Part shown: one piece after another, positions 24,605 through 36,683 of the stretch | Layout: every line of letters starts with the position of its first letter | Position numbering within the stretch: the stretch's first letter is position 1 | NCBI GenBank assembly: GCA_009103225.1 | Contig: RHPI01002069.1 | Location: forward strand, 1,760,846 to 1,824,845 | Direction of reading: 5' to 3' | From: Chlorokybus atmophyticus | Lineage: Eukaryota; Plantae; Mesostigma and Chlorokybus algae | DNA length: 64,000 nt | Notes under the pieces: generated by a model | What the model saw: only the letters and a program-made list of their open reading frames with translations | What the model was told of the DNA's origin: nothing | Database searches by the model: none | Made by a program: the position numbers and the translations under genes

Positions 24605-25905
24605 ATGGCATCCTCGGCAGCTCTATCGGCGTCATGGGTGGGTCTGCATGCCAAGGCCGCAAGTATCGCTTCGCATGCGGCAAGCTGCAGCAGGCAGTGT
24701 TTTCCAGCGTCAACATCCAAACCATACAGTGTCAACCTTACATCGCGCGCAAGCAAGCCTGCCCGTTCAGTGACTAGGGCTGCAGCTGGCGTTGTAAAGG
24801 AGAGACGATCCACCAACTCCCAGCGTGGTGCACTCTACGTTGAGGTCAGTGGTGAAAGCTTCTGAACAACAGTCAGTCGATTGGCGGTGTGTTGTTCACT
24901 TTGTCGTGAACGTGCTCCCAGCACTGTTATATTTCCATTGCAGGACTACCTGACCAGCAGCTAAACTTTGCCATATGTGTAGGTTGATCCGCTACTCGAT
25001 GATACTTGGCGAGTGGACATAGTTGTTCCCCTGCTAAAGAACGGAGCTGTTGGAGTGATTCCCACAGACACCTTGTATGCCTTCGTATGCGACTTGGAGA
25101 ACCGTGAAGCTGTGCAGCGCTTGTACAAAATCAAAAACATGGAGGCGCGCAAACCTCTTTCCATCTTATGCCGGTGGGTCACATTCAATGCATCAAGAAG
25201 GCATGCTATAAAACGAATTCTAATTCTAAAGCAAATAGCTGACCAGTTATGCCCTACTCGCAGCGATTTTGCCGACATTGATGAGTACACCATGGGTTTC
25301 CCACAAGTTGCAGGCGGGCAGAGGAATATTTTTCGCACGGTTCGGCAGTGCTTGCCTGGTCCATACACGCTCATCCTGCCTGCCAGCAAGCGGTTGCCAA
25401 AGCAGTGTGTAGAGTTTGTGCGTGGAACCAAGGGCGCCAAATCGTGTTCGGCGTTTGCTTCACGAAAGAGCGTGGGTGTGCGCATGCCCGCAGATCCTGT
25501 TGTACAGAGGATACTCTCCCAACTTGATCGCCCGCTCATTGCTACATCAGTGCGGTAAGGGAGTTGACACAACAGACAGCTGCACAGACAGTTGCATGTG
25601 CATGTAGACCGAGCTCTGACTTAACACATCGCCTTGACTGCAGGACTGCGGATGATGATGTTTGGTTGCTGGACCCGGTTGAGATATCAGATAGATTCGG
25701 TCAACGTGGTGTAGACTTTGTGGTGGGTGCTGGTGTGCGTCCGGCGGCTCCCTCCACAGTCATCGACTTCAGCGAGGGTGAACCGAAGCTGCTGAGGAGA
25801 GGAAAGGGGGATTTGGATATCTGGGGTGAGTTGGAGAGTCATGAAGATGACTCCACCAGGCGCAACCCATATGCAACGGTTGCAGCAGACAGTGATGACG
25901 CTTAG
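24605..25905 (+). CDS. YrdC/Sua5-family (YciO-like) protein with predicted transit peptide
   Basis: Ser/Ala-rich N-terminus, then GAVGVIPTDTLYAFVCDL, KPLSILCR, CLPGPYTLILPA, RKSVGVRMP, RPLIATSV and PSTVIDFSEGEPKLLRRGKG (YrdC motifs). Confidence 0.92.
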
Positions 25906-26035
25906 GTTGGATTCTAGGAGCTGTAGCTTGTATCATACATGATTTGTACAGGTGGTTAGCTCTTGAAGAGCTAGTCAATCGGTCAGCTGTCGAGTGGTTC
26001 ATTGTGCCTTTCACAGCATCAATTCAGTAGTGCTA

Positions 26036-26110
26036 TTTCATGCTCTCATAGTACGTTTATTCTAATTGTTGCGCATATAATCAGAATAAACGTACTATGA
26101 GAGCATTAAA
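26036..26110. repeat. Long inverted repeat / hairpin
   Basis: Perfect 24-bp arms ATGCTCTCATAGTACGTTTATTCT (26040-26063) and AGAATAAACGTACTATGAGAGCAT (26083-26106) with a 19-nt loop, extendable by TTT/AAA after one mismatch. Confidence 0.95.
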
Positions 26111-26590
26111 TACTCCCGAAGAATTTTTATATACTTGGCCTTGCAGAGTGTGCGTTTGTGAGTGTGAGTCTTGTGTACTGGCTGTGCGCTGGGGCTTTTT
26201 GCCTACCCTGCTTCTCACAGCAGTAAATCCATAGTGTATGTTTTTCATCGTGTCAGTTGGCGAAGCCTACCAAAGTTCGGTCTGCTAGCGACATTGGCAA
26301 TCAATTTCAGCACTCATTGCAGCTACAACTAGCCATGGTTTGCTACCCATTGACAGCACAGGTGTTCATGCTGCAAATTGCAGCTTCTCAGTTTCTTAAG
26401 TGCAGCGTGAGTGTTGCTGCTGCGAGTAGCTACTGGGTGCTATCTTGTCAACACAAGCGGGTATGTTGTTGCAGAAGTTCTCACAAAACTACTAGGACAA
26501 TATGGTAGCAATTGCACCTGAAAAAATCGCATTTGACAAGTTCCAAGCCTGCACACTTGTGTGAGGTGACACAGATTTTCAGTTGCAATG

Positions 26591-26925
26591 ACTAACACCG
26601 CAGCAGACGCAACAAGCCTGCACGGACCCATGTCGTACAGTAGGTGGTGTACCAAGCAGGAACACTGTCAATTGTCCTGCGTTACCCTCAACAGTGTCCT
26701 GGTGCTGGCAGTACACCCTTATACCCGCTAGCAACCACTGGACCAATTCACTCTGCAATGGCTAACACCGCAGCAGACGCAACCAGCCTGCAAGGACCCG
26801 TATCACAGAGTAGGTAGTGTACTAATCAGGGGAGGCAATATCGTCAAATGTCCTGCCCTACCCTCAACAATGTCCTGGTGCTGGCAGTGCACCCGTATAC
26901 CCGCTAGCGACCACTGGAACAACAT
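26591..26925. repeat. Diverged tandem duplication (~170 bp unit) at the FEX 3' end
   Basis: CTAACACCGCAGCAGACGCAAC...CCCTCAACA(G/A)TGTCCTGGTGCTGGCAGT...TACCCGCTAGC(A/G)ACCACTGGA occurs at ~26592-26745 and ~26762-26920. Confidence 0.85.
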
Positions 26926-28353
26926 ATATGAACAGTGCAAGCAATTGTCCAGCTGTCACAGTCGCGACAGCATAGGCGTACACTCGCCAGGGCACCTTGC
27001 GCAAGTTGTAAAGTTCTCCAACAAGTGTTGAGACTGTGCTCAAGTTCCCCAGCACTCCCTGTGCAACAGCCTTTTCCCATAAGGTTTGCCTGCTGGCTGC
27101 TGTGTCATACACGCCATGCACCGCAACCGGCCGGAGTGAAATTGCGGCGTAAGTAGCGGAGGCACTGGCGTTGGCGAGGAATGTGCCGAGAGGGAACCAC
27201 CTAGCGGGACCCCATTCGCGTGTGTTGAGCACTGATAGCCACCAGCGCAGCCACACACCGGTCGGCCCAATGGCACACGACAACCACAACGCCTTGCGTG
27301 TGGGTGATGAGTCCTTCACAGCACCAACTAGGGCTGCAAGCAACATGAAGAAAACTGCTGCAAATGCCATGAGACGCAGCATTTGGCGTTGGTATGGATC
27401 CTTCCTTCGCACCATCAACCAGGGTGCACAGCGACCCGCAGCATTGATATGCAAAAGCGCTTTTGCAACGTGCACGCCAACTACCAGTGACATGATGCAC
27501 AACTCATATCCTAGCAGCACAGCAACGAAGCCCTTGAGTACCAACCCGGCTGCAAACATGCGCGCCACCTGCAGTGCCGTTAACACACAGTGTAAACAAC
27601 ACCTGCATTCATGACCTACTGTTGATGTTGGGGTGGAAGACTAGCAAATGCACCTGGGGTGAACGACTAGCAAATGCACCTGTTGGTTCCATCCAGAGTA
27701 CGTTGTGATTGAGCCCAGCAGCCCAGTTGTCAATCCCAGCAGCAAGTGCTCAGAAACTGCTCCTATGTGCTTCTTGAGCGTGACGCCCAATACGCCCATC
27801 AAGAACGATCCCAGCATGTTCTCGGGCAGGTCCGTGAAAAGCGGGGACCATGGTGACGTGATCCCGGCATGGTCAGGGCCAAACAGTTTGGAGATGCCAT
27901 ACCTGAACAAGGCAACTTGTCACATAAGCTGCAAAGTGTGCCAATGAGCTTGGCCCTACGGCTGGTATGCGTGCTGCTACTTGCAGCTACTTGCAGCTAC
28001 ATGTGTTGTATTAATGTCACATACATACACTGCGGAGACGCGGATGTTCACATCAGACCAACCTTATCAATACGCCAACAAAGGAAAAGACCGCCAAGTG
28101 CGATAGTAGAGACAACTGTTTCAACACGTGAGGTAGTGCTTGGCCAGTGGGCAAGGTGATTGCGTCATCTTCCGGTATGGCAACCTGTTGACAGTGGTAG
28201 ATAATATATACTGCTGGTGTTTGAGTGCTGCTTGGTGCATGCAAGAGCCTGTACAAGGTGTATACTCACTGTGACACACCCAACCTTACCACTCCGTTAG
28301 GTACAGCGTCAGCAGGATGAGGTTCATTCCGTTCCAGCGTTCCTCCTTGATTG
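26864..28353 (-). CDS. FEX1: Fluoride export protein (FEX, two CrcB/Fluc domains); 5' exons uncertain, may extend to ~28720
   Basis: HLAVFSFVGVLIR, LFTDLPENMLGSFLMG, GLTTGLLGSITTYSGW (Fluc motif 1), GPTGVWLRWWLS, FPLGTFLANAS, GVLGNLSTVSTLVGE (Fluc motif 2). Confidence 0.88.
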
Positions 28354-29583
28354 CTAATTTACAATTTGCTTCAATGATGCACTACACGCATGTTGCCGCG
28401 TGTAGCCTGCATGGAAAAAAGACACAAAGCCGCACCCAGTCATTGCAGTCTCAGACAAGGCGACTTTCTGTCAACTGATGCTTCTGCGTTGATGCAATAG
28501 GCTTCTCATCACGTGTTTATGCGGCACCATGGCATGGAGCGTAGCAACCTAGCGAGTGCATGATGCTTGCATGCGGCGCGATGCACGCACTCACGATAAT
28601 AACCTTCGTACCGCAGATACCTACGTACTAAGCAGTATGGTGTCAGGCGACTTGACTCAACTTGAGTCAAGTAACTTGAGCCACAGACAACTTCAAACTG
28701 TTCATGACTAGTGCTCATGGCCTACCATCAGCCTGAATGGTCAGCATACATCGCCTTCAATGCCGATAAAATCAGCAAGTAGGCGATTAGGCATAACAAG
28801 CAACACGCGTCAACACCTGCTGACAATGTCAATGGACACTCTCGCCGCCACCACCTCCACCGTCGCCACGTCGGCTGCAGCAATGCAGTAGCTTGCACAA
28901 AAGCTGTGGGTTCTTTCATAAACGTGAGCAGAGAGCATTAGTTATGAATCACGTGCGTTACGGCCCAGTGCGTGCAGGCCAAAGGAAAGGCGAGCCACGA
29001 ACGTTGTTTGTCAGTACGTAAGCCGTAACGTCCGCAACAGCAGGTTTTTTATGGATGCACTTGACGATGCTGTTGATACCTGCTGCCAGCTGGCAAGCAC
29101 GGCGAAAGTGACGCGGGTGTTGTTTTGATGGCTGGCGTTTGCGGCGTTGGTGTCGGCGGTGTGGTAGGCCCAAATGACGTTGCCGGTAGCAGTGTGGTGC
29201 TTGGGTAGCGTTGCTCGGTGACCTCAATCGCAAGGGGTGCTGCATTGCTGACCACGAGCTTCTGTTGGCTGCGAATGCTTTGAGGTTGAAAAGTGACGCG
29301 GCAGCATTTGCTGTGTCCAGCTGCCAGCATCACTCACTACCGCTGAATTGAGATTGGTGCATTGCGCACTTGCTGCTTGCTGCGTGGTTTGGTACATTGC
29401 GAGCTGTATTGTGCTGCTGGTTACTGTTGCAGCTGCGGTGAGGCGGAGCAGCTGGGTTGTTTTGGTTTGGGTTGTACTGCTTGATGGGACGGCTGGTGTT
29501 GCTGGAGAGGTGGTCGCCTTGGGTGGTTCGGCAGCATTCAGTCTAGCTGGACAACTGCTCAGCTGAGCCATTTGACGTTCAGC

Positions 29584-31754
29584 ATGGCTGAGCGCACAGG
29601 CGCGGAGTCAGCGCCCACCTCGACGTCGTCAGCGCTGGTGGCCTTTGCGGCGGGGCTGAGCCCCCGCTCGACCGCCTCCGCCGCCTGGATGGGGGGAGCA
29701 GCGGCGGCCATGGCCAAGGCGCTGGGCCGCCTGGCTGGGGCTGCTATGCCCGACGTGGTCAGACTGGGGAAGAGATCGCTGGAGTCCTCCTCCGTGATGG
29801 CGACGGTGGTTGCAGCCAAAGCGCGTCTGTGGTTCCGCCAACAGGCCATCCGCGTGCTCAGCGCCGGCCCTGTCCCTCGCCATGTTAGTATCATCATGGA
29901 CGGCAACCGGCGGTATGCTGAGAAGCACGCTATGGATCGCCAGCAGGGCCATGCTCAGGGCTACGGCAAAATGCTTGAGGTGAGTGTATGACTGCTCGTT
30001 GCTAGTTTGTGCAGACTAGAACAGCAGAGTGAACTGCAAATCATGTGCATGGTGTATGACGGCTGGCTGCTGCCTATCATATTCGCATTTTTGCACTGCG
30101 CGCATTGTGGTTCAGTTGCATGAATTTGACCTTGTCGTCCTTCCGCTTCTGCTGCACATGTGGATTCTATCTGTGAGGCGACAATGTGTGTTGGATCGTA
30201 CCCTGACACAATATACCAGCAACCACTGTGACGAGTAAATGCAAAGTTTGCACCTCTCACTGACAGTCCTCACAACAGGCGCTACAGTGGTGCCTGGATC
30301 TAGGAGTCAAGTGTGTGACAGTATACGCCTTCTCCATTGACAACTTCAAGCGCTCCAAAGCTGAAGTGGATGCTTTGATGGACCTTGCTGAGCAGAAGCT
30401 TGCGGAACTTCTACAGGTGTGTTTGTGTGTGATGTGGCCCAACATGATAGCCCTAGGCTCTTTCTCTCACGCAATGCCGACAGGATGCCTTGCAATACAG
30501 ATGAAGCACAGAAAAATGATGCCGGTTCAGTTTTGGCGCTCAAACACTCTTCATCATATGCACTGCTGATTTTGAACACTGACTGCCAGGAGATTGTGTT
30601 ACTGGAAAAGCATGGTGTGGCAATCCGTGTCCTTGGCAACCTTTCCATGCTGCCGCCAAAAGTGCAACGTGCAGCCGCTCGTGCTATGTATGCCACAGCC
30701 CACCACAAGGGTGCCGTCCTTAACATCTGCTTGGCTTACACGGCCCGCAATGAGATGACGGCTGCAGCCGTTGCTCTACAGGATGCTGTGCGATCAGGGT
30801 ACGCTGTATTGTTTACTGCTTCCATCGTTTTGTAACTGGAATTGGTGCAAATCAATGGACTTGTGTGTTGCAATGTGCTGACTGCATGCTGATCTTTGCA
30901 GAGTTTTGCTGCAAAGCGACATCAGTGAGCAGCTCTTTGAGCGATGCTTGTACACGGATGACTGTCCACCAGTAGATTTGCTGATACGAACGTCGGGAGA
31001 GACGCGGCTGAGTGACTTTCTGCTGTGGCAAAGCTCGCAGTCCTGCCTTGCATTCTTGACCGTGCTGTGGCCGGACTTTTCCTTCAGACATCTGGTGATG
31101 GCAATTGTCCAGTTCCAGCTGGCTGCACTGCAGCTGAGGGGCACTGCCAGTTTCAAGGGTGACAGTCAATTGGTCACAGCTAAAATGCAGCAGTTTGACA
31201 AAGCAGCTGAGGAAGCCTTGGCCATTGTACCTGCGAGCGATGCATCCGATGCAAGTTCCGTTTCTGGCAATGAGGAGCAGATAGTCCAGAACAGCAGCAG
31301 CGGCAGTCTCATTAGCAGCTCACCTGCCAACAGCTGCCAGTGCGGCAACCCCCGTTGCAACGAAGGCTACATAGTCAGCAGTCAGGCGCACACTGAGCAA
31401 CACTGTCCCTGCCCAGAGTGTGCGCAGCAGATCCAGCAGGCACCCTACTACCCTTCTTATGCTTCTTACCCATATCCCGACAGCCAAGGCTACGTGTATG
31501 GCTATGCCAGCAACGCAGGCTACAATCCGCAAGGCAGGTACTACGACCGCTCACACAGCGCCCAGTTCCAGTACCAGTATCCAGCGGGAAAGTCGTCTGC
31601 AACTGCAGGAACTTGCTGCCACGCATGCGATGCGGCAGATGTGAGGACTGCCAACTTTGTCAAGAGCAGGCAGGAGAGCTACATGGGCAGGCTGGCACGC
31701 ATTATGTCCTTCAAAAGCGCTGAACCACTTGCTCCAGGTGCTACCGCTCCTTGA
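29584..31754 (+). CDS. DHDDS: cis-prenyltransferase (dehydrodolichyl diphosphate synthase type)
   Basis: [79 protein letters not shown]. Confidence 0.93.
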
Positions 31755-32803
31755 GGGTGCTATGGTTGCACATTTTCCCTGGGCAACTTGCTGCAAACAT
31801 GGCCGGTGGCAGTTCTTTGCTCCCCTTGTGTGTGGTGTGTACAGTAGCAGAGTTTAAGTTCCGTTTCCATGTGTATTCCATGTTGAACCGTGTATTCTTT
31901 TCGCCCATTCTTTGTGGCAGTTTGTGCCAGTCGCTTTGAGTTAGAACGTAGGGTTAGTGTCCTGCAGCTTTGTTTGTGGCAGAGCAGCCGAGGCTTTGAA
32001 TTGTTTCTCCCTTACCCTGTATAGTGGTTAGTTGCTAGTTCAATTAGCTGGAATTGTCGTGCTTCTAGCAACAAAGACCCATCCATGTCTTCGGTTGTTG
32101 TGTCCATCACATAGCTAGCATGCAACCTTGCAACTGCAGCAGACATCACTTAAAAGATGCCGACAATTAGTTTCATTATGTGTATGATGCTGCAAACACG
32201 CTAACTGGTAGCGACCATGTCCTGAGGTCGCACTACGCACAGTTCCCAACGGCTCCTGCACTTGGCATTGGCTGCACGACAATTCCCTAATCCCCTGCAC
32301 ACGAAGCACCGGTCTAGCATGGACTGCATAAGACCTGATACATCAGTGACGCCGCCATTGCTGGCGGCCATTTGCAAAGCACTGCAAGCGTCCTCGCCCT
32401 CCGCCCCTGTCTAACCTGCCTGCTGCTGCTGCTGCACTGAGTCCATTGTCTGTCTCTACCTGCTAAACCTCCTTCCCTACCAGTACGGCCTGTTGCACAG
32501 GTCCTTGCCCAAACTCCTGCCTGCCTGCTTGCTACCCGACCTCCGCCCCATTGCATAGCACTAAGTTACTACACATAGCTAGTGGCATCCCCCCTTGTAT
32601 TTAATGTGCCATGCCTTTACCTGTGCCCGTGCACTGCGATTGTGTGCATGCTGCGTGTGAATGTGTGCCATTTGCCTGCTACCGGAAAGACTATACACCT
32701 TAACATGTGTGCGTTGTGTCTAAACTGCAACTGACGGTAGTGTTGCTGAATGTTATTGGAAGTGTTACAAGGTTATATAAATGTCAATTAGTTGATATTG
32801 TGT

Positions 32804-33052
32804 ATTACACATAGAAACAATGTGTTCGTTGCACACCTGTAGCCACCATTTCCCATCGCTTATTGACATACGGTACGGTATATACTACTATAACGATTAT
32901 GATAAAAGTTGACATTGTTTAATGTAATTACACATAGAAACAATGTGTTCGTTGCACACCTGTAGCCACCATTTCCCATCGCTTATTGACATACCGTACG
33001 GTATATACTACTACAACGATTATGATAAAAGTTGACATTGTTTAATGTAATT
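32804..33052. repeat. Two-copy 123-bp tandem repeat in an AT-rich island
   Basis: ATTACACATAGAAACAATGTGTTCG...GTTGACATTGTTTAATGTAATT starts at 32804 and again at 32927, with about two mismatches. Confidence 0.95.
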
Positions 33053-34824
33053 TTTGTAATGAACTCTACGTGTAGATAACTTACAGTTCAAGTCAGTGAA
33101 GCGTTTTACTTGTTGTAGGACATCCAACATAGTAAGGATGAATGGTTATTGAAATATTATAATTGCACATAATGATATGCTTACTTTGCATGCCGCCGAT
33201 TTTAACTATAAGACTATATTTATTATGATTGTATAAATATTTACGATTATTTGTGGTCTTCATGCCTTGGAAAAGCTAATGTTGTACAAGCATATCGTCT
33301 AATTGTGTAGTATTTTAAATGATGCCATTCCACCTTATAAGTGCTAGCTAGCACTTTGTACATACCAATGGTTGGCATTTACAAACTTGTGATTGTTATT
33401 GTACGCTGCGGCACGCATTGACGAGTCGGATCTGAGACACCAATCATATCAAAATAATAAGAAAGGAATGCCATTACAAGTTCTCATGTTGTTTTTCATG
33501 CTTTTGCATGTGAAACACAGATATTTTACAAGTTATCCCATGCGCTTATCATGCTATCATTGCTATACATCATTTTCTTCAATCACCCTACTTCTAAGTA
33601 CATGCACAAGTTTATTAAAGATAAAACAAATCAAAAGTGCACCCGAATTACAATAACACACAATCATGCAATTACATCAGTGGGAACGAAGATTAACACG
33701 TTACTAATCAGCATGTTTCAGCGCATAAGTAATGCCTCAAAGTTGTAACCATACTTTGTTTTAAAATGTTGTGGTGCTTGTGTAATGAGAGTGCGATTAC
33801 ACATGTCATGTTAATCGTTTGATATTGTTAAAATAAGCATATAATAGTGTGCGAAGGCCACAAAAAGCAGCTTCAAAGCAATGGAGCACAAGCAGCACAA
33901 TTCACCATGCCATACATTATTACTATAGCGCTTATTGTTGATCGCCTTACTATTCAATGATAACGGTATGAAAATGATGCAAATGTGAGCCCTAACTTTC
34001 GACTTATTATAATGTCGCAATACAATTTATCAATTGTAACGTCAACTATATCAATATATGACATTGGTAATGCATAATCATATGACACAATGTAATGAAG
34101 GCCGTACACATTGTGCAATGCATGAAGTTGTCTACAGACCTGCTTCTATTGGATGCCAAAACCTCCATCAAGGGCGAGAGGCAAGGGAGGTCAACATCAG
34201 CAACAAGCAGGGTTGGATGTTGCATCATGCAACATGCATCCCGTCAGCGCCGAAGATGTTTCATCCGTGCTGACGTGTAATGATCATGAACTCGTTTACC
34301 AAGGCTAACGAAGTATTGGCTGACGTTAGACTTGCGCCAGTTTGTTAAGCAAAGCCTCTAGTGACATAGCGCTATCGTAGCCGTATAAAGAGAACGAATC
34401 TGACGGTTGTAGTTGAGTCTCAGCACTATAAGCAGCAGCCGTCGGCAGTTTAGAGTCAGTCTTGTCTCAGTCTGTTAGTGTGTCGTAGTTGTAAGCAGTA
34501 GTCAGAGACAGACTCACTGTGCGTAACGTTATGATACAAGTGCCGTTTGTGAAGTATGTGTTGTGATTGATTGCATGCTAGTGCTATACACCGCGCGCCC
34601 GTTACAGACGTGCTCGGTGCCATGTCAGCTCCCGCCCTCGGACTCGGAGCTCGTCTGCTCCTGGCACAGGCGGGCAAGCAGCATTGCACGCCGCAGAGGC
34701 CGGCGCTGCTGCTGGCGTGGGCGGCGGAAGCCATGACGACGGCAATGGACAGCTTACGCTTCGCCCAACACAGTGGCCACTTGCACGTCTCAGCTGCTGC
34801 TGCTGTCCGCAGCAAGCCTGTGTC

Positions 34825-36683
34825 ATGCTGCTGGTGCTGCAGCAGCAGCTTGCCCGCTGCTCCAAGCTTCAGCTTCAGCTCCAGCCTCAGCTTCATCGCC
34901 AGTACCAGAAGCACTTCATCCACGACCGCCTCAGACGCTGTAGCCTCAGCGTCGGCCAGCGCAGCAAGTATTCCACAGGCAGGGCGGTGACGTTAGCCGG
35001 TGGGGACAGCAGCATGGCGTCAGACGCGGGCCAGGCTAGAGGGTACAGGCTTGGCAAGCTCACGGCCGGGCCTGTGGATGGGCCGAAGGAGCACGCCGCG
35101 CCTGGGGAGCACCGGCTGAACCTGGACGGCAGCCGCCGTGACGGCATTATCTTCGTGCCTCGCGGCTACGAACCTTGGAAGCCCACGCCCCTCATGCTCT
35201 GCCTGCATGGTGCCGGTAAGTGCAGGCTGTAGCCGGCCGAACAAACAAGCAGCTCTGTATCCAGACAGCATGCTGTCAGATGGAACTGGATGACAGTCTC
35301 GGTCAAGGCCGCATGCATGCACGTCCGGTCAGGATTAGCAGGTCTTTTTAGCGCTAGCAGCAGGACTTAGCATCCAGTTGCTGACTCAGGCACGCTTGGT
35401 AGCATCAGGAGTGTAGGGAGGCGAGCATGTCCTGGGACTAAGGGCATGCTCGCCTTTGTATGCGATACTTTCGTATGCCATACTTTTGTTCTGCCGGCGC
35501 AGTTGTGGAGGAGTGGCAGCTGCTCCTCCAGCAGCTGCCACTCCTTCCACATACACAAGCGTCACGAGTCACCAGTTTAATTATTCTTGCGAGCCGACTA
35601 CCTGCGATGTGGTGCTTTGCAATAACACCAGCTGTGCAGCCTGGTGTCAAGCAGTGGTGTGTTCAAGGGCTGGTCAGTCGTAGTCAATTGCAGCCTTGCG
35701 ATGTGGTTGTGAAGGCAGCTTAGCGCAACACGGGTTTGTGTCAGCCTAGCTGCGTGCACTATGCTTCAGCAAGTCCTGACACGTGTCAGCATGCTATCTC
35801 TATCATCAGGCTACACAAATATGCGCCGCCCAGCCATAATTTACAGGTGTTCGTGTTAAGTCAACCATGTGAGTTCGCAATGTAGGTCAACAGCGTTGCC
35901 ATGGGGTTATCTGTGAGTGTGACATGCTTTTCACCTCAACAGGAGGCAACTCTTCGCATCGGATTGATCCAATCAAGCCAGAGGCAGAGCGAGACACGGT
36001 CTTACTTGTCGCTATAGACTCTGTCAGCTCCACATGGGACGTGCTGCGAGGTGGATTCGGGCCAGATGTGAGCCGCATTGATCAGGCTCTGCAGAGGACG
36101 TTCAGACAGTTCAACATATGCCCGCGGCGCGTTGCAATTGAGGGCTTCTCTGATGGCGCCTCGTACGCGCTATCTTTAGGCTTAACCAATGGCAACCTGT
36201 TCAAGTAAGCACCCACACATTAATATATAGGCTGGTAAGGTTGTCGCCTTGTCCATCAGTCAGCGGCATGATTTGCGCTACTTGCAGTTGATAGTGTGTG
36301 CATGATGGTAAGTTGGTTCAGGTCTGACCTGAGTGTGAACCAGTCACGAAATTGGACGAAAAGGTGACAAACCGTGTACACAGTTTCTTCATCGATGGTG
36401 TGATGTCTCTGATAGGTACATATATGCCTTCTCTCCCGGCTTCATGCGACCACCCGCTTTGGAAGGGCGGCCTCGCTTATTCGTTTCTCACGGTTCCTAC
36501 GATCCAGTGCTACCAGTGGCGTGCAGCCATCGCATTGTTCGGGATCTGTCTTCTTTGGGATATGAGGTTACGTACAAGGAGTTCAAAGGGGGCCACACTG
36601 TCCCGCAACCTATGCTGCGCGCAGCTCTGGATATCCTGAAGGAAGACAAGAAAGACGCAGACTTGCCTGAGGTTGAGGAGTAA
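34825..36683 (+). CDS. Phospholipase/carboxylesterase family alpha/beta hydrolase, bacterial-type (3 exons; start at 34825 or 35014)
   Basis: RDGIIFVPRGY...PLMLCLHGAG, TWDVLRGGFGPDVSRIDQAL, IEGFSDGASYALSLGLTNGNLF (GxSxG nucleophile), AFSPGFM, FVSHGSYDPVLP, EFKGGHTVP (Asp/His of the triad). Confidence 0.9.

Noticed and set aside
32804-33052. CRISPR-like array
   Set aside because: There are only two contiguous 123-bp units, no spacers and no cas genes, in a eukaryotic context.
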